Positions 41,599-49,399 of a DNA stretch of 64,000 nt are shown here, in pieces. Position 1 is the stretch's first letter; every line of letters begins with the position of its first letter. The notes beneath the pieces were generated by a model. That model was not told the DNA's origin. It was given only the letters and a program-made list of their open reading frames with translations, and did not search any database. The position numbers and the translations under genes were made by a program. The DNA is from Aulosira sp. ZfuVER01 (GTDB lineage: Bacteria > Cyanobacteriota > Cyanobacteriia > Cyanobacteriales > Nostocaceae). Where the stretch lies: the NCBI GenBank assembly GCA_034530615.2, contig JAVRCV020000015.1:96001-160000 (forward strand). Reading direction: 5' to 3'.

Positions 41599-43725
41599 AT
41601 GTCAGAATTATGGAATCTTTTTTTTACTTCCGGGCCTTTTATTCCGCATGGGCACTGCTATCTGTGGAAAACTGATTTAGTATGGCTGCACATCTTATCT
41701 GACGCAATTATTGCACTAGCTTATTACTCTATTCCAGCAACACTTTTCTACTTCGTTAACAAGCGACAGGATCTACCCTTCCATTGGATATTTCTACTTT
41801 TTAGTGGATTTATCGTCGCTTGTGGTACTACTCACTTGATGGAAATTTGGACGCTTTGGCATCCAACCTATTGGCTGTCAGGCTCCATTAAAGCTGTAAC
41901 TGCAACCATATCTTTATTTACAGCAGTACAACTTGTACCTTTAGTTCCGCAAGCCTTAGCACTCCCTAGCCCTGCTCAATTAGAACAAGCAAACCAACAA
42001 CTGCAGACACAAATAGCCGAAAGGTTAAAAATAGAAGCGGAATTAAGAAAATACCAAAATCATTTAGAAGAGTTGGTTACTATTCGCACTAATGAAATCT
42101 CTAAAGCCAACGAACAATTACAGCAAGAAATCGCTGAACGCCAGCGCATTTTAGAAGTTTTACGACAAAGTGAAGAACGCTATCGTTATTTAGCTGAGGC
42201 AATTCCTCAACTTGTCTGGACAACAGATACTAACGGTGAAGCTAATTATTTCAATCAGAATTGGTGCAATTACACTGGCCTAACCTTAGAGCAATCATTA
42301 GGTTCTGGTTGGATGGTGGTATTACATCCAGAGGATGTAGAAATTACTTATGAAGCATGGTCAAATGCTGTCAAAAATAGCACTTTATATGAAACTGAAT
42401 ACCGCTTTAAACGGGCGGTTGATGGTTCTTATCGCTGGCAGCTAGCACGAGGCTTACCCCTGAAAGATGAGCAAGGTCATGTAGTGAAGTGGTTTGGTAC
42501 TTGTACTGATATTCACGAGCAAAAGGAGATACAACAAGAACGCGCCCACTTACTAGAATTAGAACAAGCCGCAAGAGCGAAAGCAGAAACCGCCAATCGA
42601 ATTAAAGATGAATTTTTAGCCATACTTTCCCACGAACTACGTACCCCCATGAATGCAATTCTTGGCTGGTCAAGATTGTTGCAAAATGGCGAATTAGAAC
42701 CAGAAAAGACATCTCAAGCCCTAGCAACAATAGAACGCAATGCCAAGTTACAGGTGCAACTGATTGAGGACTTGCTGGATATCTCCAGCATTTTACAAGG
42801 TAAACTGACTTTAAATGTGACAAATGTTCACTTAGAATCTATTGTTTTGTCTGCACTGGAAACAATGGCATTGGCTGCACAAACCAAGTCAATTCATGTG
42901 AGTACAGTATTTGAATCGCATCTAGGGACAATTTTGGGTGATTCTACTCGCTTGCAACAAGTCGTTTGGAATCTCTTGTCTAACGCTGTTAAATTTACTC
43001 CCAAAGGAGGAAAGGTAAAAGTGCAATTGAGCAAGGCTGATGGCTATGCTCAAATCATAGTTAGCGATACAGGTAAAGGAATTAGTGCTGAGTTTTTGCC
43101 TTATGCATTTGATTACTTCCGTCAAGCAGACAGCAGTTCTACAAGAAAATTTGGCGGGTTGGGTTTAGGATTGGCAATTGTCCGTAATATTATCGAAATG
43201 CATGGCGGTACAGTCACCGCAGCTAGCCCTGGTGAAGAGCAAGGGGCAACTTTCACGGTCAAATTACCGCTTCAACAAGACAAAAGTCAAGATTTGTTCA
43301 ACGAACAAAATCACTCCTCTTCCTTAACACCTAGTTCTTTTTCCCTGGCTGGCGTGCAAATTTTGGTTGTTGATGATGATGTAGATTCGTTAGAATTTGT
43401 TGCTTTTGTATTAGAGCAAGATGGGGCGAATGTTATTGCAGCATCTTCAGCATTAGAAGCATTACAAGTTATAGAACAGCAAAAGCCAGATGTGTTAGTC
43501 AGCGATATTGGTATGCCCGATATGGATGGCTATACCCTGATGCGTCAAGTCAGAGCCTGGAGTGCAGAACAAGGAGGAAAAATTCCGGCGATCGCTCTGA
43601 CTGCCTTTGCGAGACAATACGATCGGCAGCAAGCGCTGCAAGCTGGCTTTCAGATGCATTTAGCCAAACCTGTGAATCCAGAAGAATTAGTTGCAGCTAT
43701 TGTTAAACTGGCTGAAGTACTATAA
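41599..43725 (+). CDS. Hybrid histidine kinase with ethylene-receptor-like membrane domain, PAS and REC
   Basis: SDAIIALAYYSIP, FIVACGTTH, SHELRTP, GLGLGL, SDIGMP. Confidence 0.9.
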   Translation: MSELWNLFFTSGPFIPHGHCYLWKTDLVWLHILSDAIIALAYYSIPATLFYFVNKRQDLPFHWIFLLFSGFIVACGTTHLMEIWTLWHPTYWLSGSIKAVTATISLFTAVQLVPLVPQALALPSPAQLEQANQQLQTQIAERLKIEAELRKYQNHLEELVTIRTNEISKANEQLQQEIAERQRILEVLRQSEERYRYLAEAIPQLVWTTDTNGEANYFNQNWCNYTGLTLEQSLGSGWMVVLHPEDVEITYEAWSNAVKNSTLYETEYRFKRAVDGSYRWQLARGLPLKDEQGHVVKWFGTCTDIHEQKEIQQERAHLLELEQAARAKAETANRIKDEFLAILSHELRTPMNAILGWSRLLQNGELEPEKTSQALATIERNAKLQVQLIEDLLDISSILQGKLTLNVTNVHLESIVLSALETMALAAQTKSIHVSTVFESHLGTILGDSTRLQQVVWNLLSNAVKFTPKGGKVKVQLSKADGYAQIIVSDTGKGISAEFLPYAFDYFRQADSSSTRKFGGLGLGLAIVRNIIEMHGGTVTAASPGEEQGATFTVKLPLQQDKSQDLFNEQNHSSSLTPSSFSLAGVQILVVDDDVDSLEFVAFVLEQDGANVIAASSALEALQVIEQQKPDVLVSDIGMPDMDGYTLMRQVRAWSAEQGGKIPAIALTAFARQYDRQQALQAGFQMHLAKPVNPEELVAAIVKLAEVL

Positions 43726-43804
43726 GAATGTTGTCAATATTAATAATTTTTGGCTGAAGTTTTGAAAATCTATTAATAAAACTAGGCGATCGCTCCATAT
43801 TTAA

Positions 43805-44251
43805 TTATGGAAAAGCTTTATTATTAATCAAACGTTTTATTTCTGCTAATAACACAGTAGGTTCTACAGGCTTATTAACATAACTTTGAAAACCCGATGC
43901 TAGAGCCATGCTACGACTTTCATCAGAACTAAGAGCAGTTAAAGCTATAGCTGGTATCTCTCGTTGTTCTGAAATGCTGCTGTCTCTGATTTTGCGAATT
44001 AAAGAATAACCATCAACTTCTGGCATAGCGATGTCAGAAATTAAAATATCAAATTTTAACTGTTTGATGTTTTCTAAGGCGATTAGGACTGATGTTGCCG
44101 TTTTTACCTGCAAGCCGTTATTTTCTAGGATAAACGTAGTTAGGATCAGACTATCTTCGTTATCATCTACTAACAGAACTCGCAAACCATCTAGAGATTG
44201 AGAATTTTTTGTATCTTCTTGGGGATGCTTGTTATCAGCATTAGTGGTCAT
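43805..44251 (-). CDS. Single-domain response regulator
   Basis: VLLVDD, SDIAMPEVDG, ALTA, KP. Confidence 0.92.
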   Translation of the reverse strand: MTTNADNKHPQEDTKNSQSLDGLRVLLVDDNEDSLILTTFILENNGLQVKTATSVLIALENIKQLKFDILISDIAMPEVDGYSLIRKIRDSSISEQREIPAIALTALSSDESRSMALASGFQSYVNKPVEPTVLLAEIKRLINNKAFP

Positions 44252-44297
44252 GATTAATATGTGCCTCCCTAGTTGCCTGCATCAATTACGGAGGAAC

Positions 44298-44334
44298 TCC
44301 CACAAGACAGTTAGATAATAGCTGTCTTGTGGGA
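44298..44334. repeat. Perfect 13-bp inverted repeat
   Basis: tcccacaagacag / ctgtcttgtggga. Confidence 0.6.
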
Positions 44335-44382
44335 ATCTAACAACAAGCTACCACAACATTAGACATGATGTATCAAGGATGT

Positions 44383-44428
44383 AGGCTGAAGGATGAAATC
44401 CAAAAATCTTATTTTCATCCTTCAGCCT
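44383..44428 (-). terminator. 16-bp inverted repeat directly after the TROVE stop codon
   Basis: aggctgaaggatgaaa / tttcatccttcagcct; no clear U-tract on the minus strand. Confidence 0.55.
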
Positions 44429-44430
44429 TT

Positions 44431-46035
44431 TTAAAGTTCACCAGTAGCTAGCATCTGGATAATGCGAGGTGTTCCAGGATCGAACCCGGCCAAATCCCAG
44501 GAAAGAGGATCTTGAGGATCTACCAAAGTAATGTTGTAAGGTGCAAGGGTAACATACACTGCCTTGGCATTGGGATTCACCTTTTGGCGGTACTGCGTTA
44601 ATGCTTGACTGGGATGCTTAGAACCAGCCCATGACTCATTATCAGTCCAAAAGCAAACTACATCTGCTTTGAACTTATTCTTAATCATCCAGTCGTAAGC
44701 TACAGAAGCATCTGTTCCACCGAAGTTTTGATTGCTAGCTTTGCGAAGTGCAGAACTAAAACTATCTTTGGCTGTAATACCTAATTCTCGAAATTCGGTA
44801 GCAAAGCCGCGAATCATGTAGTTTTGCTCTGCCTTTGCTGTTACCAGTGCCATTGTAGTGGCGATTTCGCAGCAGCTTAAACCTACTGAATCAACTACAC
44901 CCCAAGACATTGAGCCAGAAACATCTACAGCGTGCATGAAAACTTTGCCTGTGGGTTGCACCATATCAAAAGATAGTTCAACCGCCTTTTCTAGGATGTG
45001 TACGATTCGGGGGACTGGTTCCCAAGTCTTCTGGCTGCGTCCTAATTTGCCACCAGATTGATAAGTCTTGAGAGCTTTCAAAACATCAATCGGATGGATG
45101 CGACCTTTGCGCAGATGTTCTTTGTTGTTGAGAACTCCTTCTACTCGCAGAATATTGGCACTTTCATCAGCGCGTAGTACCCCTAATTCGGTTAAAGAGC
45201 CAAGGTTACGCAGCATTGCACCAATTGGCATTTCCTGAAATAGTAATTGCCAAGCTTGTTTATCCATCTTACCCACAGGTGCAGCCATTTCATGAGTTAG
45301 GCGTCCTTGTGCGATCGCAGTATGGGTTTCGCTAGGATTGCGCTTGAGCCACTCATACCACCAAATCTGCGCCAATGCATCTGTTGGGATATCTGCTGGC
45401 AAATCTTCCCAACCTTTAACAACCCACTCAAATAATTCGCGGTGAGTTTCTGTAGGTGGTTTGACATGGAACAACCGCAATGCATCTCGGTGAGAGAAGC
45501 CTTGACGCTGTTGATATTTCAAAAGTTGATAAGCCAAACCTTTGACATCTTCCTGCGAAAGCCAAGTTTTTCCAGCTTCGCGCACCACCTTACCAAATCC
45601 CCGCAGCGATTTGGTATAGTTCAGCCATTCGTAGAAGTGGCTACCAGTGCGGACAACTTGCCCAAAGATTTCACCAAATGCCTTTTTGGCTTCTGCTGTT
45701 TCACCCATCGATAGCAGCACTAAAGCCAAGATAGGCGCACTATTGTTGATGGCGCGTCCATCGCTAGCATAGAGAATTTCCTCCGCAACACGCCCCGGAT
45801 TTTCCGCCACAGCTTGTTTGATAACTGCAACAAAATCTTCAGTTAATTCCTGCTTTCCCGCGTAGTAAGTGCTTTTTGCTGTGCCAATCAATAAGCAACG
45901 GCGCAGCATTTTCCAAATACCCGCATCAAACATATACCCGCCGGAACGTCCTTTAATCATTTCTGCTTCCCGTCCGGGGATAGGCTGATTTTGTGGTGTA
46001 TTTGTCTTCTTTTTAGTGAAGAAATTGTAATTCAT
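44431..46035 (-). CDS. rsr: Ro60/Rsr ortholog (TROVE plus vWA domains)
   Basis: LLKYQQRQGFSHRDALRLFHVKP, MLRNLG, RIHPIDVL; vWA DVSGSM, GGTD, TDNESW. Confidence 0.92.
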   Translation of the reverse strand: MNYNFFTKKKTNTPQNQPIPGREAEMIKGRSGGYMFDAGIWKMLRRCLLIGTAKSTYYAGKQELTEDFVAVIKQAVAENPGRVAEEILYASDGRAINNSAPILALVLLSMGETAEAKKAFGEIFGQVVRTGSHFYEWLNYTKSLRGFGKVVREAGKTWLSQEDVKGLAYQLLKYQQRQGFSHRDALRLFHVKPPTETHRELFEWVVKGWEDLPADIPTDALAQIWWYEWLKRNPSETHTAIAQGRLTHEMAAPVGKMDKQAWQLLFQEMPIGAMLRNLGSLTELGVLRADESANILRVEGVLNNKEHLRKGRIHPIDVLKALKTYQSGGKLGRSQKTWEPVPRIVHILEKAVELSFDMVQPTGKVFMHAVDVSGSMSWGVVDSVGLSCCEIATTMALVTAKAEQNYMIRGFATEFRELGITAKDSFSSALRKASNQNFGGTDASVAYDWMIKNKFKADVVCFWTDNESWAGSKHPSQALTQYRQKVNPNAKAVYVTLAPYNITLVDPQDPLSWDLAGFDPGTPRIIQMLATGEL

Positions 46036-46043
46036 GACTTCAT

Positions 46044-46063
46044 CTCCCGGCCCTTGCGGGCAA
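46044..46063 (-). promoter_or_regulatory. GCAA hairpin abutting the rsr ribosome-binding site
   Basis: TT-GCCC-GCAA-GGGC-CG-GGAG-N8-ATG; 16-mer identical to 46693-46708. Confidence 0.7.
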
Positions 46064-46072
46064 AAATGAAAG

Positions 46073-46198
46073 GTGGCAGGGCAGGACTTGAACCTGCGAC
46101 ATCCGGCTTAAAAGGCGATAACCCTAATTCGTCGGCCTTTGCAGGCAAGGGGTGAACAAGGATGTTTTCGGAGCTCTACCGACTGAGCTACCTGCCAC
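46073..46198 (-). ncRNA. tRNA-like Y RNA candidate, unit 4 (no encoded CCA)
   Basis: Acceptor GTGGCAGG/CCTGCCAC, D arm GCTC-AGTCGGTA-GAGC, T arm GCAGG-TTCAAGT-CCTGC, 69-nt arm in place of the anticodon arm. Confidence 0.85.
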
Positions 46199-46276
46199 AT
46201 GAAAAGTTATGAGTTGTGAGCTATAAGTGCTGAGTTTGGAATTTTTAACTCAGTACTCAGCACTTAGTACTGATTT

Positions 46277-46403
46277 TGGTGTAGTGGGGCGGGAGTCGAA
46301 CCCGCGATGCTCGTCTTGCAAACGATAACCCTCAATTCTTCGGCCTTTGCAGGCAAGGGGTGAATAAGGATATTAAGCGCCTTACCACTTGGCTACCCAC
46401 CAC
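46277..46403 (-). ncRNA. tRNA-like Y RNA candidate, unit 3
   Basis: Acceptor GTGGTGGG/CCCACTAC then ACCA; D arm GCC-AAGTGGTAA-GGC; T arm GCGGG-TTCGACT-CCCGC; expanded central arm. Confidence 0.85.
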
Positions 46404-46453
46404 ATAACAATTCAAAATTCAAAATGCAAAATTCAAAATTCAAAATTAGATTT

Positions 46454-46579
46454 TGGGTGGCGGGGCGGGATTTGAACCCGCGACCTCTCGAACCCAAATC
46501 GATAACCCTAATTCGTCGGCCTTTGCAGGCAAGGGGTGAATAAGGATGTTTAGCGCTCTACCACTGAGCTACCCACCAC
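46454..46579 (-). ncRNA. tRNA-like Y RNA candidate, unit 2
   Basis: Acceptor GTGGTGGG/CCCGCCAC then CCA; D arm GCTC-AGTGGTA-GAGC; T arm GCGGG-TTCAAAT-CCCGC; expanded central arm. Confidence 0.85.
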
Positions 46580-46615
46580 ATAACAATTCAAAATTCAAAA
46601 TGCAAAATTAGGTTT

Positions 46616-46741
46616 TGGTGTAGCGAAGCAGGATTTGCATCTGCATCTCCAGAAGTGAAATCAAGGGGCATTTGCGATAACCCTCGATACATCGGCCCTT
46701 GCGGGCAAGTTGGGCGCTCTGGTATTTGAGCTATCCGCTAC
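46616..46741 (-). ncRNA. tRNA-like Y RNA candidate, unit 1 (divergent)
   Basis: Acceptor GTAGCGGA/TTCGCTAC then ACCA; D arm GCTC-AAATACCA-GAGC; atypical T arm GCAGA-TGCAAAT-CCTGC; shares the GCAA hairpin and AGGGTTATCG. Confidence 0.75.
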
Positions 46742-46783
46742 GGCTGAAAGCTTACTCTTTTTGGAAGATTGACTTGTATTATT

Positions 46784-46812
46784 AATGTAGTATGCGTATT
46801 ACTAGATGTCAA
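46784..46812 (-). promoter_or_regulatory. Sigma70-type promoter for the RNA array and rsr
   Basis: TTGACA (46807-46812), 17 nt, TACATT (46784-46789). Confidence 0.75.
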
Positions 46813-47174
46813 GAGTCTAGAAAGTTAATGTTGCAACTTATCTTTTAGTGGAGAAGTCTTTGTAAACACTTGAGCTTCCTAATGCTATGTATAGTAATAT
46901 ACTGAAACTATTAAGTATATATAAACACTAAATAATGATTTTTGCTTAGTCTTTCATTATTGGCAAAAACTGCTTTTATCGGCAAAACCTTTGATTTAAG
47001 CTCGCTACAGGCTGAATAGTTTTCCAATTCTTCAGGCAGCTTACAGTGTATAAAAATTAGTAATGTTATATTTTTCCAACAAATTTGCCGCAAGTTTGCC
47101 AAAATATACAAAAAAATGTCACAATTTTTGCCAAGATAATAATTATTTCTTTTCTAACAATTCACTTGGCAGCA

Positions 47175-47912
47175 ATGAGCATGAGTGAAAAGACACTAGA
47201 AGGCAGCGGGAAGGCTTTTCTCGTTCTGCTTTTGCCCATCTCGTTTTTGATTATTTTCCTTGTTTCTACTTGGAAATTTTTGCTGGCTTTCATGGTGCTG
47301 CTTATTGGTTTCAATATTTGGCAGTGGCATCAATGGCAACAGTGGTGTCAGCAAGTTAATCCTATTTTCCATCGGCTGGTTCAGGAAAATCAGGGCAGAG
47401 TGACACCAATGGACTTGGCAATCAAGGGTAATTTTTCTGGAGCAATAGCCAAACGTTACCTAGATACTAAAGCCAGCGAATTTGGTGCCAGTCTTCTGAA
47501 TTCTGAAGATGGCAATCCGGTTTATTACTTTATCAATGCCACCATTTTGGGAAGCATACTCGAAAGTAGTGAGCCTGTTAAAGAACTTCCTTCGCAATCG
47601 TTTGCCAAAGCCGATCCTGTGCTACTAGCACCAACGCTACAACAGCCTCAGCCGGAAGAAACAGACGATGAATTATTGCCACCAGCAACTCATGAAGCAG
47701 TCAAAATTCCTTTAGAAAAACAATTAGTTTTTGGCTCTCTGATTCAATCAGAACTTGCTAAACGGCTAAATGTTTATTCCAGCACAGTATATAAACGGCG
47801 CAATGACCCTGATTTTCCTGAATGGAGCCGCAGCCGCGATCCAGATGGTATTGCTTGGTCATTCTCCCGAAAATCTAAGGAATTTTTCCCCTTGGAAGAA
47901 GATAAAAGTTAA
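47175..47912 (+). CDS. Conserved membrane-anchored hypothetical protein
   Basis: Two TM segments; C-terminal QSELAKRL...WSRSRDPDGIAW; start trimmed. Confidence 0.75.
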   Translation: MSMSEKTLEGSGKAFLVLLLPISFLIIFLVSTWKFLLAFMVLLIGFNIWQWHQWQQWCQQVNPIFHRLVQENQGRVTPMDLAIKGNFSGAIAKRYLDTKASEFGASLLNSEDGNPVYYFINATILGSILESSEPVKELPSQSFAKADPVLLAPTLQQPQPEETDDELLPPATHEAVKIPLEKQLVFGSLIQSELAKRLNVYSSTVYKRRNDPDFPEWSRSRDPDGIAWSFSRKSKEFFPLEEDKS

Positions 47913-48090
47913 AACTAGAAACTTGATTTTCCTAACTTTTGCCAAGGAAAAAATATCAACCATCAGTCAACAGTGAATAGTGAGGAGTTTTTCAGATGGG
48001 AGTCAAATACACCCATTTCTGTAATTCGTAAGTTTGAGTTGGGATTGAAACCTCAACTAAAACTTTGAGAACTATTAACTGCTAAATGTT

Positions 48091-49251
48091 TCAATTTTTA
48101 GCTTTTGCCGCTAAACCTACAGCTGCATTGATTGACGTTAATCCGCTTTCTTCTAACTTAGAAAGTAAACCTGTGAGAATACGGCGTACCATCATTGGGC
48201 CTTCGTAAATCCAGCCTGTATAGACTTGAATCAGGCTAGCACCAGCAGTAATTTTTTCCCAGGCATCTTCTGGGGTAAAGATGCCACCAACGCCGATAAT
48301 TGGCAATTCTCCTTGGGTTTGCTGCCAAATAAACCGAATTACTTCGGTGGAACGATCGCGTAATGGTGCGCCGCTAATTCCACCAGCTTCTTCTTGCACA
48401 GTTTTGCCTGTTTGCGAAATTACCTGGGTTTTCAGCAGATCGCGGCGAATAGTTGTGTTAGTAGCAATTAACCCCGCCATTTGGTAAGTATTTGCCAAAG
48501 CAATAATATCAGCGATCGCTTCCCATTCTAAATCAGGGGCTATCTTGACAAAAATAGGCTTTTGTGTTTTATTGTCTTGTTGCAATAAATCCAAGATAGA
48601 GCCGAGCATGGCTGCATCCTGGAGCGATCGCAACCCGGGTGTATTCGGAGAAGACACATTAACTACAAAATAGTCTCCCAAGTCCTTAAGCAAACGAAAA
48701 CTATTGAGGTAATCGTTTGCAGATGCATCTAAGGGGGTTACTTTAGACTTACCCAAATTTATACCTATAGGTATTCGCTGGTTTAATTCTTGTTTCCCTT
48801 GTGCCAATCGTGCCGCCATTGCTGCTGCACCGCTATTATTAAAACCCATGCGGTTGAGGACAGCTCGATCTAACGGTAAACGAAACAAGCGGGGACGAGG
48901 ATTTCCGGGCTGGGGAATAAATGTCACTGTTCCCAATTCTGCAAAGCCAAAACCAAGGCTTGACCAGATTTGGGCAGCAATGCCATCCTTATCAAACCCA
49001 GCTGCTAAACCTAAGGGGTTGGGGAAATTAAGCCCAAAGAGATTTTGCTCTAAACGCGGATCGTATAAGCATAATGACTGCTGGAGCAAGTGATTCACCC
49101 ATCTAGTGCTTAGGCGATCGCTACTTTGGGACAGCCAGCCAAGAGTATTAATCGTCTTGTGGTGTAACCACTCTGGATCTGTTTTGAGCAGATTAAACAA
49201 CAGTGGACGAATTGCTAATTGATAAATATCCATGCTAATCAGAGTTGCCAA
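48091..49251 (-). CDS. pyrD: Quinone-dependent dihydroorotate dehydrogenase
   Basis: [31 protein letters not shown]. Confidence 0.97.
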   Translation of the reverse strand: MATLISMDIYQLAIRPLLFNLLKTDPEWLHHKTINTLGWLSQSSDRLSTRWVNHLLQQSLCLYDPRLEQNLFGLNFPNPLGLAAGFDKDGIAAQIWSSLGFGFAELGTVTFIPQPGNPRPRLFRLPLDRAVLNRMGFNNSGAAAMAARLAQGKQELNQRIPIGINLGKSKVTPLDASANDYLNSFRLLKDLGDYFVVNVSSPNTPGLRSLQDAAMLGSILDLLQQDNKTQKPIFVKIAPDLEWEAIADIIALANTYQMAGLIATNTTIRRDLLKTQVISQTGKTVQEEAGGISGAPLRDRSTEVIRFIWQQTQGELPIIGVGGIFTPEDAWEKITAGASLIQVYTGWIYEGPMMVRRILTGLLSKLEESGLTSINAAVGLAAKAKN

Positions 49252-49399
49252 AAATAGTATCTAGAGATATTTGGAGATGGGGTATTGGGCGTTGGGCATT
49301 CGGCAAGAAGGCAATAGTTATTTCTTTCCTCCCCTGCTCCCCTGCTGCCTCATCTCCCCTATTTTCAAATGCTAATTTTGAACGCAACTTAGTATCAGG

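Noticed and set aside
46073..46741. Ordinary tRNA cluster or intron-containing tRNAs
   Set aside because: There is no 7-nt anticodon loop. The inserts are far too short for group I introns and share a conserved motif that is also found in the rsr leader.
46073..46741. CRISPR array
   Set aside because: The repeated parts sit inside tRNA folds, the spacers are heptamer repeats, and there are no cas genes.
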